Assembly: GCA_016789455.1 (NCBI GenBank)
Contig: JAEUQU010000001.1
Location: 33,710-97,709 of the forward strand
Length of the DNA stretch: 64,000 nucleotides
Origin: Candidatus Saccharimonadota bacterium
GTDB taxonomy: Bacteria; Patescibacteriota; Saccharimonadia; Saccharimonadales; Saccharimonadaceae
Reading direction: 5' to 3'
The notes below the pieces were generated by a model, which did not search any database, was not told the DNA's origin, and saw only the letters and a list, made by a program, of their open reading frames with translations. Position numbers and translations under genes: made by a program. Of the stretch, positions 40,717-49,721 are shown in pieces. Positions within the stretch are counted from its first letter, which is position 1. Each line of letters opens with the position of its first letter.

Positions 40717-42366
40717 ATGCAAGACGAGCCTCAATTAGATATGACTCAACTCAGATACGCCCTTTATGTGCGTAAATCTACTGATGATAAAGAGCGCCAG
40801 CAGCGCTCTGTCGATGACCAAATAGCCGAATGCGAAGACCTGGCAGCCAAACTTGGCGTGAAGCTCGCAAAGCCTTATTACAGGGATGACGGTTCAGCAA
40901 AGATACCTAACAACCCAAAACGCAACCGCTTTTACGATTTATTGGCAGACTTAGAGGCGGGCAAAGTGGATGGCATTATGGCGTGGCACCCTGACCGACT
41001 GGCGCGAAATATGCAAGACAGCGGCCTGATATTCGGGCTATTAGACAATCGACACATCAAAGACCTCCGGTTTGTCACACACTACTTTACCAACGATGCA
41101 AGTGGGCGAATGCTCTTGGGCATTCAATTTACACTCTCTACTTACTACTCGGCTAACTTATCGCAGAATGTAAAGCGTGGCCACCGGCGCGGATTGATGG
41201 AGGGCAAATCGTCAGGTGCGGCCAAGCACGGTTATGTGCGTACCGAGGAAGGTATTTATGTGCCCGACGGCAAGAACTATGAATGGGTTGTTGAGGCATG
41301 GCAACTACGCAAAGACGGCGTAGGACTGCGCGAAATTGCTGAGTACCTAAACGAGCAAGGTTACGGCCGAAAAATTAAAAGCAAAAAGTCGAAGAAATAT
41401 GGCCAAACCGTGAAGATGACGTACCAAATCCTGAGCGAAATGTTTAAGGACTCTTTCTACTACGGCTTGCTGAGCCAGACCAATAAAACCGTAGACCTTT
41501 GTGAAGCGTACGACTTTCAGCCAGCAGTCAGCAAGGATGAATGGGATGAAGTGCAGCGGCTCAGCAGAGCGCTGAGGATACCTTTGGTAGATAACCGACG
41601 TAAAACATTCTATCCGCTACGCGGTCTTGTTAAATGTGCGCTGTGTGAGCACACGATGATACCGGCCGCATCTAAATCGCGGGCGGGTACGCGCTACTTA
41701 TACTTCCGTTGCGCAAATGAGGACTGCACGCGAGCCAAAAAGTCTATTAGAGCCAACGTCATATTCAGTTACATATATGATTTGCTTAAAGGCGGCCTGA
41801 ACTTTACTGAAAAAGATTACCAAACATACCGAGATGGCTTGGTGGCCGAAGCCGACAATGAACGACTACAAATCAAGACTGAGTTAAACAGCAAGCAAGG
41901 TGCGCTAAAAGCAACAAAGCGGCGCATCGACGAGCTGAGCAAGAAGATTATAAATTACGATAAAGAAAGCCGTATATGGCAGGTCAATGACGAGCAGCTA
42001 ACCACTCTCGTAAGTGATGAAGCCGACTTGAAGAAGCAAATCGCCGAACTCAAAGCTTACGAAGTAGACCCTGAGCGCGACGTGCTAAGCATTGAGCAAT
42101 TTTTAAACCTAGCAAAAGACGTTGGTCGTAAGGTGGAAGCGGCCGACACGGTGGCAAAAGACCACCTTGTGCAGTTAATCTTTTTAAACCTAGTCGTAGA
42201 CGAAGAAAAAGTAGTGTCTTATATCTTAAAAGAGCCGTTCAAAACGGCTCTTGAAAGTAAGGTTGTCTTAAATGGTCGGGGTGAAAGGACTCGAACCTTC
42301 GGCCTCGCGGTCCCAAACCGCGCGCGCTACCAACTGCGCCACACCCCGGACTTTTATATCTATTGA
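40717..42366 (+). CDS. large serine recombinase (resolvase domain + recombinase domain + zinc ribbon + coiled coil)
   Basis: YALYVRKSTDDKERQQRSVDDQ carries the catalytic Ser context. Also present are WHPDRLARN, a zinc ribbon CALCEHTM...FRCANEDC and a long coiled coil. The last roughly 30 codons (42273-42366) are antisense to tRNA-Pro(UGG). Confidence 0.85.
   Translation: MQDEPQLDMTQLRYALYVRKSTDDKERQQRSVDDQIAECEDLAAKLGVKLAKPYYRDDGSAKIPNNPKRNRFYDLLADLEAGKVDGIMAWHPDRLARNMQDSGLIFGLLDNRHIKDLRFVTHYFTNDASGRMLLGIQFTLSTYYSANLSQNVKRGHRRGLMEGKSSGAAKHGYVRTEEGIYVPDGKNYEWVVEAWQLRKDGVGLREIAEYLNEQGYGRKIKSKKSKKYGQTVKMTYQILSEMFKDSFYYGLLSQTNKTVDLCEAYDFQPAVSKDEWDEVQRLSRALRIPLVDNRRKTFYPLRGLVKCALCEHTMIPAASKSRAGTRYLYFRCANEDCTRAKKSIRANVIFSYIYDLLKGGLNFTEKDYQTYRDGLVAEADNERLQIKTELNSKQGALKATKRRIDELSKKIINYDKESRIWQVNDEQLTTLVSDEADLKKQIAELKAYEVDPERDVLSIEQFLNLAKDVGRKVEAADTVAKDHLVQLIFLNLVVDEEKVVSYILKEPFKTALESKVVLNGRGERTRTFGLAVPNRARYQLRHTPDFYIY
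42273..42348 (-). tRNA. tRNA-Pro (anticodon UGG)
   Basis: The minus-strand read is CGGGGTGTGGCGCAGTTGGTAGCGCGCGCGGTTTGGGACCGCGAGGCCGAAGGTTCGAGTCCTTTCACCCCGACCA. The anticodon stem is CGCGG/CCGCG, the loop TTTGGGA and the T arm GAAGG/TTCGAGT/CCTTT. CCA is encoded. Confidence 0.9.
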
Positions 42367-42455
42367 TATACTCAATTGTTTATATCATAGGAGACGCGAG
42401 AATACCAGAGGTGGGGGATTTCACGAAGATTTAATATGAGTGTGCAATAGTGAGA

Positions 42456-42938
42456 CTAGCCGCTGATGCGCTGATAGCCGTCGTCTTCTATCTCGCGTTG
42501 GCGGACCTGCTGCATATAGGCGCTCATCTGCTGGGCGAATTGTTCGACGGTCTGGAAGCGGTTACGCAGATCAGCCATCTGCTGTGCCGTGTAGTCAGCC
42601 ATCTGGGCGCCGCGCTGGGCGCCGACCACAGCCTGCTGCACTTGCTGCATCTGTTGTTGTAGCGCCTGGATCTGCTGCTGCAAGCCCTGTACCTGCTGTT
42701 GCATCTGCTGGGTCTGTTGTTGCAGTTCCTGAACGTTCTGGTGCGTGCTGTCGACACGCGGCTTGGCCTCTTCGACGTGCTGTCGGACACGCTGGACATC
42801 ATCGGTATCGCGCGACATGTTGGCAACCTGGGTACGCAGCTCCTGCAAGCTGTTACGGATATCGCTGAGCGTGTTTTTGACCGGGTTTGTGCTGTCGTTG
42901 ACGATTCGTTGGACGTCGTTGTAGTTCAATTCTGCCAT
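42456..42938 (-). CDS. glutamine-rich coiled-coil protein (hypothetical)
   Basis: 160-aa ORF with a central heptad-like run QNVQELQQQTQQMQQQVQGLQQQIQALQQQMQQVQQAV. It lies immediately downstream of rny on the same strand. Confidence 0.55.
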   Translation of the reverse strand: MAELNYNDVQRIVNDSTNPVKNTLSDIRNSLQELRTQVANMSRDTDDVQRVRQHVEEAKPRVDSTHQNVQELQQQTQQMQQQVQGLQQQIQALQQQMQQVQQAVVGAQRGAQMADYTAQQMADLRNRFQTVEQFAQQMSAYMQQVRQREIEDDGYQRISG

Positions 42939-42978
42939 ATAGCCCTATTATATAGAGCTGGCAGTTATTGGGCTAGTG

Positions 42979-44499
42979 CTATTTGGCGAATTCGATCGCC
43001 CGCGTCTCACGGATGACGCTGACCTTGATGGTGCCAGGGTACTGCATGCTGCTTTCAATCTTGTTGGCGATGTCACGGGCCAGCTTGATGGCGGACAGGT
43101 CGTCGATTTCACGCGGCTTGACCATCACGCGCACCTCGCGGCCGGCGCTGATGGCATATGACTTGTCGATGCCCGGGAAGCTGTTGGCAATGTTCTCCAG
43201 CTCACGCATGCGCTCGGCAAAGTTCTCGGCGCTGATGTTGCGGGCACCTGGGCGGGCGGCCGACAGGGCGTCCACCACACGGATGACCAGTGCTTCTGGT
43301 GTTGTAGCTTCAACATCATCATGGTGGGCTTCGATGGCGTGAGAAATCTTCTCCGGTACACCGTACTTGCGGGCCAGCTCGGCACCGATGTGGTGGTGCT
43401 TACCCTCTACCTTGTGGGTGACGGCCTTGCCGATGTCGTGCAGCAGTGCGGCATACTTGACGGTCCGGACATCCGCGCCCAGCTCGCTGGCGATTAGCCC
43501 AGCCACATGCGCCATCTCGGTGCTGTGCTTCAGGACGTTCTGGCCATAGCTGGTGCGATACTTCAGCTCACCGAGCAGGCGCAGCAGTTCACGCGGGATG
43601 CCGGTCACGCCGACTTCCCGTGCGGCGTCCTCGCCGGCGCGCTCCACTTCCTTATCGATCTGGCGGCGGGCTTTCTCAACCACTTCTTCGATGCGTCCGG
43701 GGTGAATGCGCCCATCCTTCATCAGCATCTCAAGGGTCACACGGGCCACCTGGCGGCGGATCGGGTCGAAGCTGGAAAGTACTACCATGCCCGGGGTGTC
43801 ATCCACCAGCACATCCACGCCGGTAGCACGTTGGATAGCCTGGATATTGCGGCCTTCCTTGCCGATGATGCGGCCCTTCATCTCCTCGTCCTCAAGCTTG
43901 AGGGCAGTGACGGTGCGTTCGGCAGTCACTTCAGACGCCATGCGCTCCATAGCGCTGACCAGGATGACCTGCGCCTTCTCTTCGGCATCATCCTGGGCAT
44001 CGCGCCGCATCTTGTTCACCAGGCCGACCAGGTCATGCTTGATGTCGCGCTCCGTCATGGCCATCAGCTTATCGGCAGCTTCGCCCTTGGAAAGCTTGGC
44101 GATCTTTTCCAGCTTCTCCTGTTGCTTGCTGCGGATGTCGCGGATTTCTTCTTTAAGCCCCTCCACTTCATCTTCGGCCTTGCGCAGGTTTTCGGCGCGC
44201 TTGTCCAGTTCCTCGAGTTTGCGGTCGAGGTTGCTTTCGCGATCAATGATGCGGCGCTCAATCTTGGTGATCTCGTCACGGCGCTGCCGCTCTTCCTTCT
44301 TGGCCTCGTCAGCGATGCGCAGCGCTTTGTCGGCGGCGTCCAGCTCAATCTTCTTAGCCTTTTTTTCGGCATCAGCAACAAGCCGGTCTGCGCGGCTGCC
44401 AGCAGCCGAGCGTTTTCGTCGCTCGAGCGCTATTGCACCGCCCGCGCCGGCGCCGACACCGACAATTACAGCAATGACGCTGCTTATCAGTGGGTCCAT
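42979..44499 (-). CDS. rny: ribonuclease Y
   Basis: N-terminal TM helix, a long charged coiled coil, a KH domain (IIGKEGRNIQAIQRATGVDV) and an HD domain (ALLHDIGKA...HH). Confidence 0.9.
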   Translation of the reverse strand: MDPLISSVIAVIVGVGAGAGGAIALERRKRSAAGSRADRLVADAEKKAKKIELDAADKALRIADEAKKEERQRRDEITKIERRIIDRESNLDRKLEELDKRAENLRKAEDEVEGLKEEIRDIRSKQQEKLEKIAKLSKGEAADKLMAMTERDIKHDLVGLVNKMRRDAQDDAEEKAQVILVSAMERMASEVTAERTVTALKLEDEEMKGRIIGKEGRNIQAIQRATGVDVLVDDTPGMVVLSSFDPIRRQVARVTLEMLMKDGRIHPGRIEEVVEKARRQIDKEVERAGEDAAREVGVTGIPRELLRLLGELKYRTSYGQNVLKHSTEMAHVAGLIASELGADVRTVKYAALLHDIGKAVTHKVEGKHHHIGAELARKYGVPEKISHAIEAHHDDVEATTPEALVIRVVDALSAARPGARNISAENFAERMRELENIANSFPGIDKSYAISAGREVRVMVKPREIDDLSAIKLARDIANKIESSMQYPGTIKVSVIRETRAIEFAK

Positions 44500-44708
44500 A
44501 CGGTTCCTTTCTTTTTAACGACGGCACTGCTCGCACTTCTCAGTAGTGCGATGGTTTTATGATTAAAGACAGTGTCGTAGAGGGTGATGTGAACGAAACA
44601 GGTATGACTGGGTCGTCATACGGATTGCAGAGAGGCCGCTGCTGTATTGACTGGCCTTAAAAAGATATGTAAAGCAAGTGACGCAAGCGCCCTCAGTGTC
44701 ATTGTACT

Positions 44709-45101
44709 TTATTTACGCGGTTGCGTCACCCTGGCTTCGGCGCCGTAGAACGGCAGGGCCGTCCGGTCGGTGTCGCCAGCCTGCAGCCGGGCCACGCCGT
44801 CACTGAGCCAGTTATCACCGCGGGTCGCCACTACCGGCACCTGCTGGCCGTACGCCAGTGCGTTGGCGGTAGCAGCACCGATGCGCAGGCCGGTAAAACT
44901 GCCCGGCCCGGCATAAAAGATCACACCGCTCAGGTCGCCCAGCGCCAGGCCGGCCTGGGCAAGCAGTGCAGCGATCCTCCCCGGCAGCTCGCGCGCCATC
45001 TGCCGCCCCAGTTCATCAAACGATTCATTCGCCACCTTGCCCTGTTCATCAAGCAGTGTCAGGTTGGCAGCAGCGGCGTCGGTACGCAGTGCAAGTATCA
45101 T
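44709..45101 (-). CDS. tsaB: tRNA t6A37 biosynthesis protein TsaB (short form)
   Basis: MILALRTDAAAANLTLL ... FYAGPGSFTGLRIGAATANALA matches the YeaZ/TsaB N-terminal domain. It is only 130 aa and directly follows tsaE. Confidence 0.65.
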   Translation of the reverse strand: MILALRTDAAAANLTLLDEQGKVANESFDELGRQMARELPGRIAALLAQAGLALGDLSGVIFYAGPGSFTGLRIGAATANALAYGQQVPVVATRGDNWLSDGVARLQAGDTDRTALPFYGAEARVTQPRK

Positions 45102-45623
45102 TTAGGTCGTCTCCTTTTTCAGTACAGGCAGCAGGTAGTCAAAACGTTCCGGCACGGTGACGGTCAGTCGGCGTCCGGTCTCGCCATCGTAGGCAAAGTC
45201 GCAGATGATAGTGCCGCTTTCCGGCAGCACGTCACGGATAATCTCATTCCACTCAATCACCACCACGTTGCCAGGCGTGGTTAGCGCCTCTTCAAGCTCA
45301 GCCCGCATGATGCCGGCATCAGCCAGACGGTAAAAATCGTAATGGGCGAGCTGGCGCTGCTCCGGTGCGTCATATAGCCGCTCGATGGTAAAGGTCGGGC
45401 TTTGCACCACTTCCGTGATGCCCATGCCAGCAGCCAAGCCCTTGGTCATGGTTGTCTTGCCCGTGCCGACGTCGCCGTTCAGCGCAAAGACCTCGCCACC
45501 CCGAAGCAGGACGCCGAGTTGGCGCCCGAATGCCTCCATCGCATCACCGGTGGCGATCGTCACAGTATGGACCGTATGCATATCGCCCACCAGTATACCA
45601 GTTTTCATAAATCGCCTGTACAT
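45102..45623 (-). CDS. tsaE: tRNA t6A37 biosynthesis ATPase TsaE
   Basis: P-loop LNGDVGTGKTTMTKGLA followed by VQSPTFTI. The exact start is uncertain because there are several in-frame Met codons. Confidence 0.75.
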   Translation of the reverse strand: MYRRFMKTGILVGDMHTVHTVTIATGDAMEAFGRQLGVLLRGGEVFALNGDVGTGKTTMTKGLAAGMGITEVVQSPTFTIERLYDAPEQRQLAHYDFYRLADAGIMRAELEEALTTPGNVVVIEWNEIIRDVLPESGTIICDFAYDGETGRRLTVTVPERFDYLLPVLKKETT

Positions 45624-45699
45624 TTCATCCTATTGCGGTTATGCTAGAAGCAAACGTATACACTGTGGATCACTACCGGTATCCGACGAAATAACACAA

Positions 45700-47490
45700 A
45701 TGAGAATCGCTGACGAAACACTAGTAAAGCTGCTCCAGCAGACTGGGAAGATCACCGACGAGAAGCTGGCACCCTTGGCTGAAGAAGCCAAGAAGCTGAA
45801 TCGTCCGCTGCTTGATGTCGTCCTGAAGCGCAGCATCGTCGGCGAAAAGGAACTGACCAAGCTCTACGCCGCCTACCTTGAAGTCCCCTTCACCGCCCTG
45901 GAGCCCAACACCGTCACCAAAGGCACGCTTAGCCTGATTCCAGAGCGTATCGCCCGGCAGTATAATGCTGTCGTCTTCAGCGTCGCCGACGGTGCCGCCC
46001 AGCTGGCCATGGAAGACCCCGAGGACGTCCAGGCCATCAACTTCCTGCAAAAATACATCGGCAGCAAGTTCAAGCTCTTCATGGCCACCCGTGAAGACAT
46101 CCTGATGACACTGGAGAACTACCGCGAAGAAGTCTCCTCCCAGATTGACAAGGTCATCGAGGTACAGGCCCAAAAAGACGGCCCGGCCAACGCCGACCAA
46201 GCCGTCAAGGAAGAAGATGTCTCCGAGAATTCGCCAGTCGCCCAGACCGTCAATCTGCTCTTGGAATACGCTATCCGTTCCGGCGCCTCGGACATCCACC
46301 TGGAGCCGCGCGAAGACTACCTGCAGGTCCGCTACCGTATCGACGGCGTCCTGAAAGAGGCTAACCGCCTGCCGGCCCATGTCGTCAATGCGCTTATCAG
46401 CCGCATCAAGATTCTGGCCGCCCTCAAGATTGACGAACGGCGCGTGCCGCAGGACGGCCGCTTTAAGATTACTGTCGCCGGCAAGAAGTACGCCCTGCGT
46501 GTCAGCACCCTGCCCATCTCCGACGGCGAGAAGGTGGTCATGCGTATCCTTGATGAGAGTAACCGCGCCCTGTCGCTGGAAAGCCTCGGCTACTGGGGCC
46601 GCGACCTCGAAGAAGTCAACAAGGCGCTGGTGCAGCCGCACGGCATGGTGCTGGTCACCGGCCCGACCGGTTCCGGCAAGTCCACCAGCCTCTTCAGCGC
46701 CTTAACCATCCTCAACCGCCCCGAGGTCAACATCTCTACCGTCGAAGACCCGGTCGAGTACAAGATCGTCGGTGCCAACCAGACCCAGGTCAACCCCAAG
46801 GCTGGCATGACCTTCGTCGCCGGCCTCCGCGCCCTGCTGCGTCAGGACCCCAATATCATCATGGTCGGTGAGATCCGTGACGGCGAAACGGCCAACCTGG
46901 CCGTGCAGGCCGCCCTGACCGGCCACCTGGTCTTCAGTACGCTGCACACCAACAACGCCGCCACCTGTCTGCCGCGTCTGCTGGACATGGGCATCGAGCC
47001 CTTCCTGATTGCCTCGACCGTCCGCGCCGTCATCGGCCAGCGCCTGGTGCGCCGCCTGTGCACCAACTGCCGCGAACAGCACGCGCCCTCCCCTGAGGAA
47101 ATCGCTGAGATCAGCAGCATCTTCCATCTGACTGATGCCGCCGCCTTCGCCCGCCTCCACGCCTTGGAGGCCCGGGCCGCCAAGGAGAAGATCGGTGTCG
47201 AAGAAAAGAACATGAGCACCACCGAGTCCGGCATCCAGAGCCTCTGGAAAGCCCGCACCGGTGGCTGCGACAACTGCAACAAGACCGGCTACAAAGGCCG
47301 GATGGGCATTTACGAAGTCCTGACCAATTCCAACAACGTCCAGCGCCTGATCGTCGGCAGCGGCACCAGTGAAGAAATCCAGCGCACCGCCATTGCTGAA
47401 GGCATGACCACCATGCAGGTGGATGGGTTTATCAAGTCGCTGCGCGGCGAAACCAGTATTGAAGAAATCTTAAGGGTAACGAGAGAATAA
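45700..47490 (+). CDS. pilB: type IV pilus assembly ATPase PilB (GspE family)
   Basis: Start at ATG 45700 (MRIADETLVKLL...). Present are a GspII_E N-domain, Walker A GPTGSGKSTSL, MVGEIRD, and the tetracysteine CTNC...CDNC. The 5' extension of the ORF (45385-45699) is antisense to tsaE. Confidence 0.9.
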   Translation: MRIADETLVKLLQQTGKITDEKLAPLAEEAKKLNRPLLDVVLKRSIVGEKELTKLYAAYLEVPFTALEPNTVTKGTLSLIPERIARQYNAVVFSVADGAAQLAMEDPEDVQAINFLQKYIGSKFKLFMATREDILMTLENYREEVSSQIDKVIEVQAQKDGPANADQAVKEEDVSENSPVAQTVNLLLEYAIRSGASDIHLEPREDYLQVRYRIDGVLKEANRLPAHVVNALISRIKILAALKIDERRVPQDGRFKITVAGKKYALRVSTLPISDGEKVVMRILDESNRALSLESLGYWGRDLEEVNKALVQPHGMVLVTGPTGSGKSTSLFSALTILNRPEVNISTVEDPVEYKIVGANQTQVNPKAGMTFVAGLRALLRQDPNIIMVGEIRDGETANLAVQAALTGHLVFSTLHTNNAATCLPRLLDMGIEPFLIASTVRAVIGQRLVRRLCTNCREQHAPSPEEIAEISSIFHLTDAAAFARLHALEARAAKEKIGVEEKNMSTTESGIQSLWKARTGGCDNCNKTGYKGRMGIYEVLTNSNNVQRLIVGSGTSEEIQRTAIAEGMTTMQVDGFIKSLRGETSIEEILRVTRE

Positions 47491-48713
47491 TGGCACACTT
47501 CAACTACAAAGCTGTCAATCCTGCCGGCAAGACCGTCACCGGCACTATCGAGGCCGTCGACCGCAACACCGCGCTCAACGTCCTCTACAAGGACAAGATG
47601 CGTCCCTTGACGCTGACCATCGCCTCGGGCAGCAAGAAGAACATGAATATCAACATCCTTGGTGCCGGCCGCGTCAAGAGTGACGCCCTGGTGGTCTTCA
47701 CCCGTCAGCTCAGCACCATGGTCAGCGCCGGCGTGCCGCTGCTAAAGGCGCTTGGCACCCTGCAGGCCCAGTCCGAAAGCGCTGCTCTCAAAACCACCTT
47801 GGCCGATGTCGTCAAGGATGTCCAAGGCGGTATGTCACTGGGTGACGCCCTGGGCAAGCACCCCAAGGTCTTTAACGACGTCTACGTCAACATGGTCCGC
47901 GCCGGCGAGGCTGCCGGTATTCTCGATGACATCCTTAAGCGTGTCGCTTCACAGCAGGAGCGCAACGCCACCATCCGTAAGAAGGTCAAGGGTGCCATGA
48001 CGTATCCGATGGTGCTGATCGGCATTACCATCGGCTCGTTCTTCGTGCTGATGCTGTTCGTCGTGCCCAAGATCGGCGGCATCATCAAGGACCTGGGCGG
48101 TCCCGATGCCGAACTGCCGGCCCTGACCCAGGCCATGTTGAGCATCAGTGATTTCCTGCAGGCCTACTGGTACTTCGTCTTTGCCGGTGTCATCGCCGGT
48201 GTCATCGTGCTGAAGCGCTACATTTCGACCAAACAGGGTAAGGAGCAGTTCCATGCCCTCATTCTTAAGGTGCCGGCGCTGGGTACTATCATCAAGAAGG
48301 TCGCCGTGGCCCGCTTTGCCCGCACCTTCGCCTCACTGATGGGCGCCGGTGTCAGCGTGCTTGAAGCCCTCAAGGTAACCGGCCGCGCCATTGGTAACCG
48401 CAGCTATGAGAAGTCGCTCGAGGAAGCTGCCAAGCAGGTGCAGAATGGCAAGCAGCTGTCCGACTGCCTGCAGAACAATCCGCTCTTCCCCGCCATCGTG
48501 CCGCAGATGCTGGCCGTGGGTGAAGAAACCGGCCAGACTGATACCGTCCTGGTCAAGGTCGCCGACTTTTACGAAGAAGAGGTCAACGTGGCCATCGATG
48601 GCATCAGCGGCATCATCGAGCCGGTCATGATTGTCATGATGGGCGGCATGGTGGGTGTTATCGCCATCAGCGTGCTCGGACCCATCAGCAGCATCTCGCA
48701 GAACATCAAGTAG
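47490..48713 (+). CDS. pilC: type IV pilus platform protein PilC (GspF family)
   Basis: 407 aa with the typical MAHFNYKAVNPAGK start and a duplicated T2SSF domain with 3 TM segments. It has a 1-nt overlap with the pilB stop (TAATG). Confidence 0.9.
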   Translation: MAHFNYKAVNPAGKTVTGTIEAVDRNTALNVLYKDKMRPLTLTIASGSKKNMNINILGAGRVKSDALVVFTRQLSTMVSAGVPLLKALGTLQAQSESAALKTTLADVVKDVQGGMSLGDALGKHPKVFNDVYVNMVRAGEAAGILDDILKRVASQQERNATIRKKVKGAMTYPMVLIGITIGSFFVLMLFVVPKIGGIIKDLGGPDAELPALTQAMLSISDFLQAYWYFVFAGVIAGVIVLKRYISTKQGKEQFHALILKVPALGTIIKKVAVARFARTFASLMGAGVSVLEALKVTGRAIGNRSYEKSLEEAAKQVQNGKQLSDCLQNNPLFPAIVPQMLAVGEETGQTDTVLVKVADFYEEEVNVAIDGISGIIEPVMIVMMGGMVGVIAISVLGPISSISQNIK

Positions 48714-48738
48714 CCGGACGAAGGTGTCCGGCCATGCA

Positions 48739-48766
48739 GAAACGGCGCTTGATGCACCGTTTTTTG
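48739..48766 (+). terminator. rho-independent terminator after pilBC
   Basis: GAAACGG (48739-48745), loop, CCGTTT (48757-48762), followed by TTTGTT. Confidence 0.5.
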
Positions 48767-48833
48767 TTATGCCGTTTGTCATGCGTGCGTCAACTGCGGT
48801 TGACGTACGACACTGGCGCAGCGTTTTTCGCTG

Positions 48834-49163
48834 TTATTCTTCGAAAGGATTGTCGCGGGTGGGGTCGAAATTGGGGTCGATCTTCTCGGTGTCGGCCGTC
48901 TGCAGCTGCTCAATCTTCTTTATGACGTCCGGGTCCTTCTTGATGGTCGCTCCGGTCAGCTCAGTCTGCTTTTGCTGCCGGTAGGCTTCGTCGTCTTCTG
49001 AGAACAACGTGGCGGTCGTGTAGACGGTAAACGCCAGCGCCCCCAACAGCACCAATACGAAGATGAAGAACAGCTGGCGCTTCAGCGGCTTAGCAACCTT
49101 GCCAAGCGCTGCCTTGGCCTTCTTGATGCTTTCCTGTGATGATGCTGAGCCTTCGAGTTTCAT
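48834..49163 (-). CDS. small membrane-anchored protein, last gene of the pilMNO operon
   Basis: 109 aa with TM segment LFFIFVLVLLGALAFTVYTTA and a charged C-terminal tail. It lies 3 nt downstream of the pilO-like gene. Confidence 0.45.
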   Translation of the reverse strand: MKLEGSASSQESIKKAKAALGKVAKPLKRQLFFIFVLVLLGALAFTVYTTATLFSEDDEAYRQQKQTELTGATIKKDPDVIKKIEQLQTADTEKIDPNFDPTRDNPFEE

Positions 49164-49166
49164 TGC

Positions 49167-49721
49167 CTATTTTTCCGTGTAAAGTTCTACTTTTAATGAG
49201 GCCGATGACAGTCTGCCCGGGTCGGTGGCATCCGGCTGCATGTTCAGTGATTTGACCTCGACGTGCTGCAGATTGTTCTCGAGCTTTTTTACGAACTCGG
49301 TGAAACCATTGTAGGTCAGGTCGCTGCCGAACGCGATGGACATCGGGATGGCCTGGGCGCCGGCAGGGGCCGGTGATGCGCCAGTAGTTGATTCGTCAAA
49401 GGTGACACCGCTCAGGCTGACACCGGAATCCTCGGCATATTTATAGACATCAGCCACAAACTGCGATTTGTACTCTGCCGGAGGAATCACCTGCTTCATA
49501 TACTCGCTCAGCTTTTGAACTTCGGGGTCGTTGAAAGAGTTTTGGACGGCCGCCAGGCTTTCCTGGGCCTTATCGTTGACCTCGGCATCGATACGGATGC
49601 GGTTGGTAGCAGTAATGCTCTCACGGACCAGACCATGCATATAATACATACCTGCGCCCGTGCCGACAAACATAAGGCCGAGCAGGCCAAGCAGGACATA
49701 CATCAGTTTGCGGGCGGTCAT
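49167..49721 (-). CDS. PilO-like pilus assembly protein
   Basis: 184 aa with an N-terminal TM segment (LMYVLLGLLGLMFVGTGAG), a helical segment and then a small alpha/beta domain. The call rests on its position after pilN, which it overlaps by 4 nt. Confidence 0.55.
   Translation of the reverse strand: MTARKLMYVLLGLLGLMFVGTGAGMYYMHGLVRESITATNRIRIDAEVNDKAQESLAAVQNSFNDPEVQKLSEYMKQVIPPAEYKSQFVADVYKYAEDSGVSLSGVTFDESTTGASPAPAGAQAIPMSIAFGSDLTYNGFTEFVKKLENNLQHVEVKSLNMQPDATDPGRLSSASLKVELYTEK

Larger units (their letters stand above)
35610..42272. mobile_element. AT-rich integrated island adjacent to the 3' end of tRNA-Pro(UGG), probably composite (RT module + serine-recombinase module)
   Basis: There is an abrupt drop in GC by eye at about 35.6 kb, with recovery after the tRNA. 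The cargo is an RT, a terS-like gene, ImmA/IrrE-DUF4411, a RibD_C-like gene and a serine recombinase. tRNA-Pro-like scars lie at 37062-37194. The short motif GGTCGNGG occurs at both edges (35594-35601 and 42274-42281), which is weak evidence. Confidence 0.6.

Noticed and set aside
40513-40734. 73-aa minus-strand ORF (possible small two-TM protein) in the divergent region upstream of the recombinase
   Set aside because: It overlaps the recombinase promoter and start, and has no recognisable start signals. Hydrophobic translation of AT-rich DNA is common. It is kept only as a remote possibility.
42650-42730. CTG/CAG-rich low-complexity DNA considered as a tandem-repeat or microsatellite locus
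   Set aside because: It is explained by the Gln-rich coiled-coil coding sequence of 42456-42938. The units are not exact tandem copies.
45385-45699. 5' extension of the pilB ORF (105 codons)
   Set aside because: The extension is antisense to tsaE and translates to Pro/Ser/Val-rich sequence. The conserved PilB N-domain begins at the ATG at 45700.
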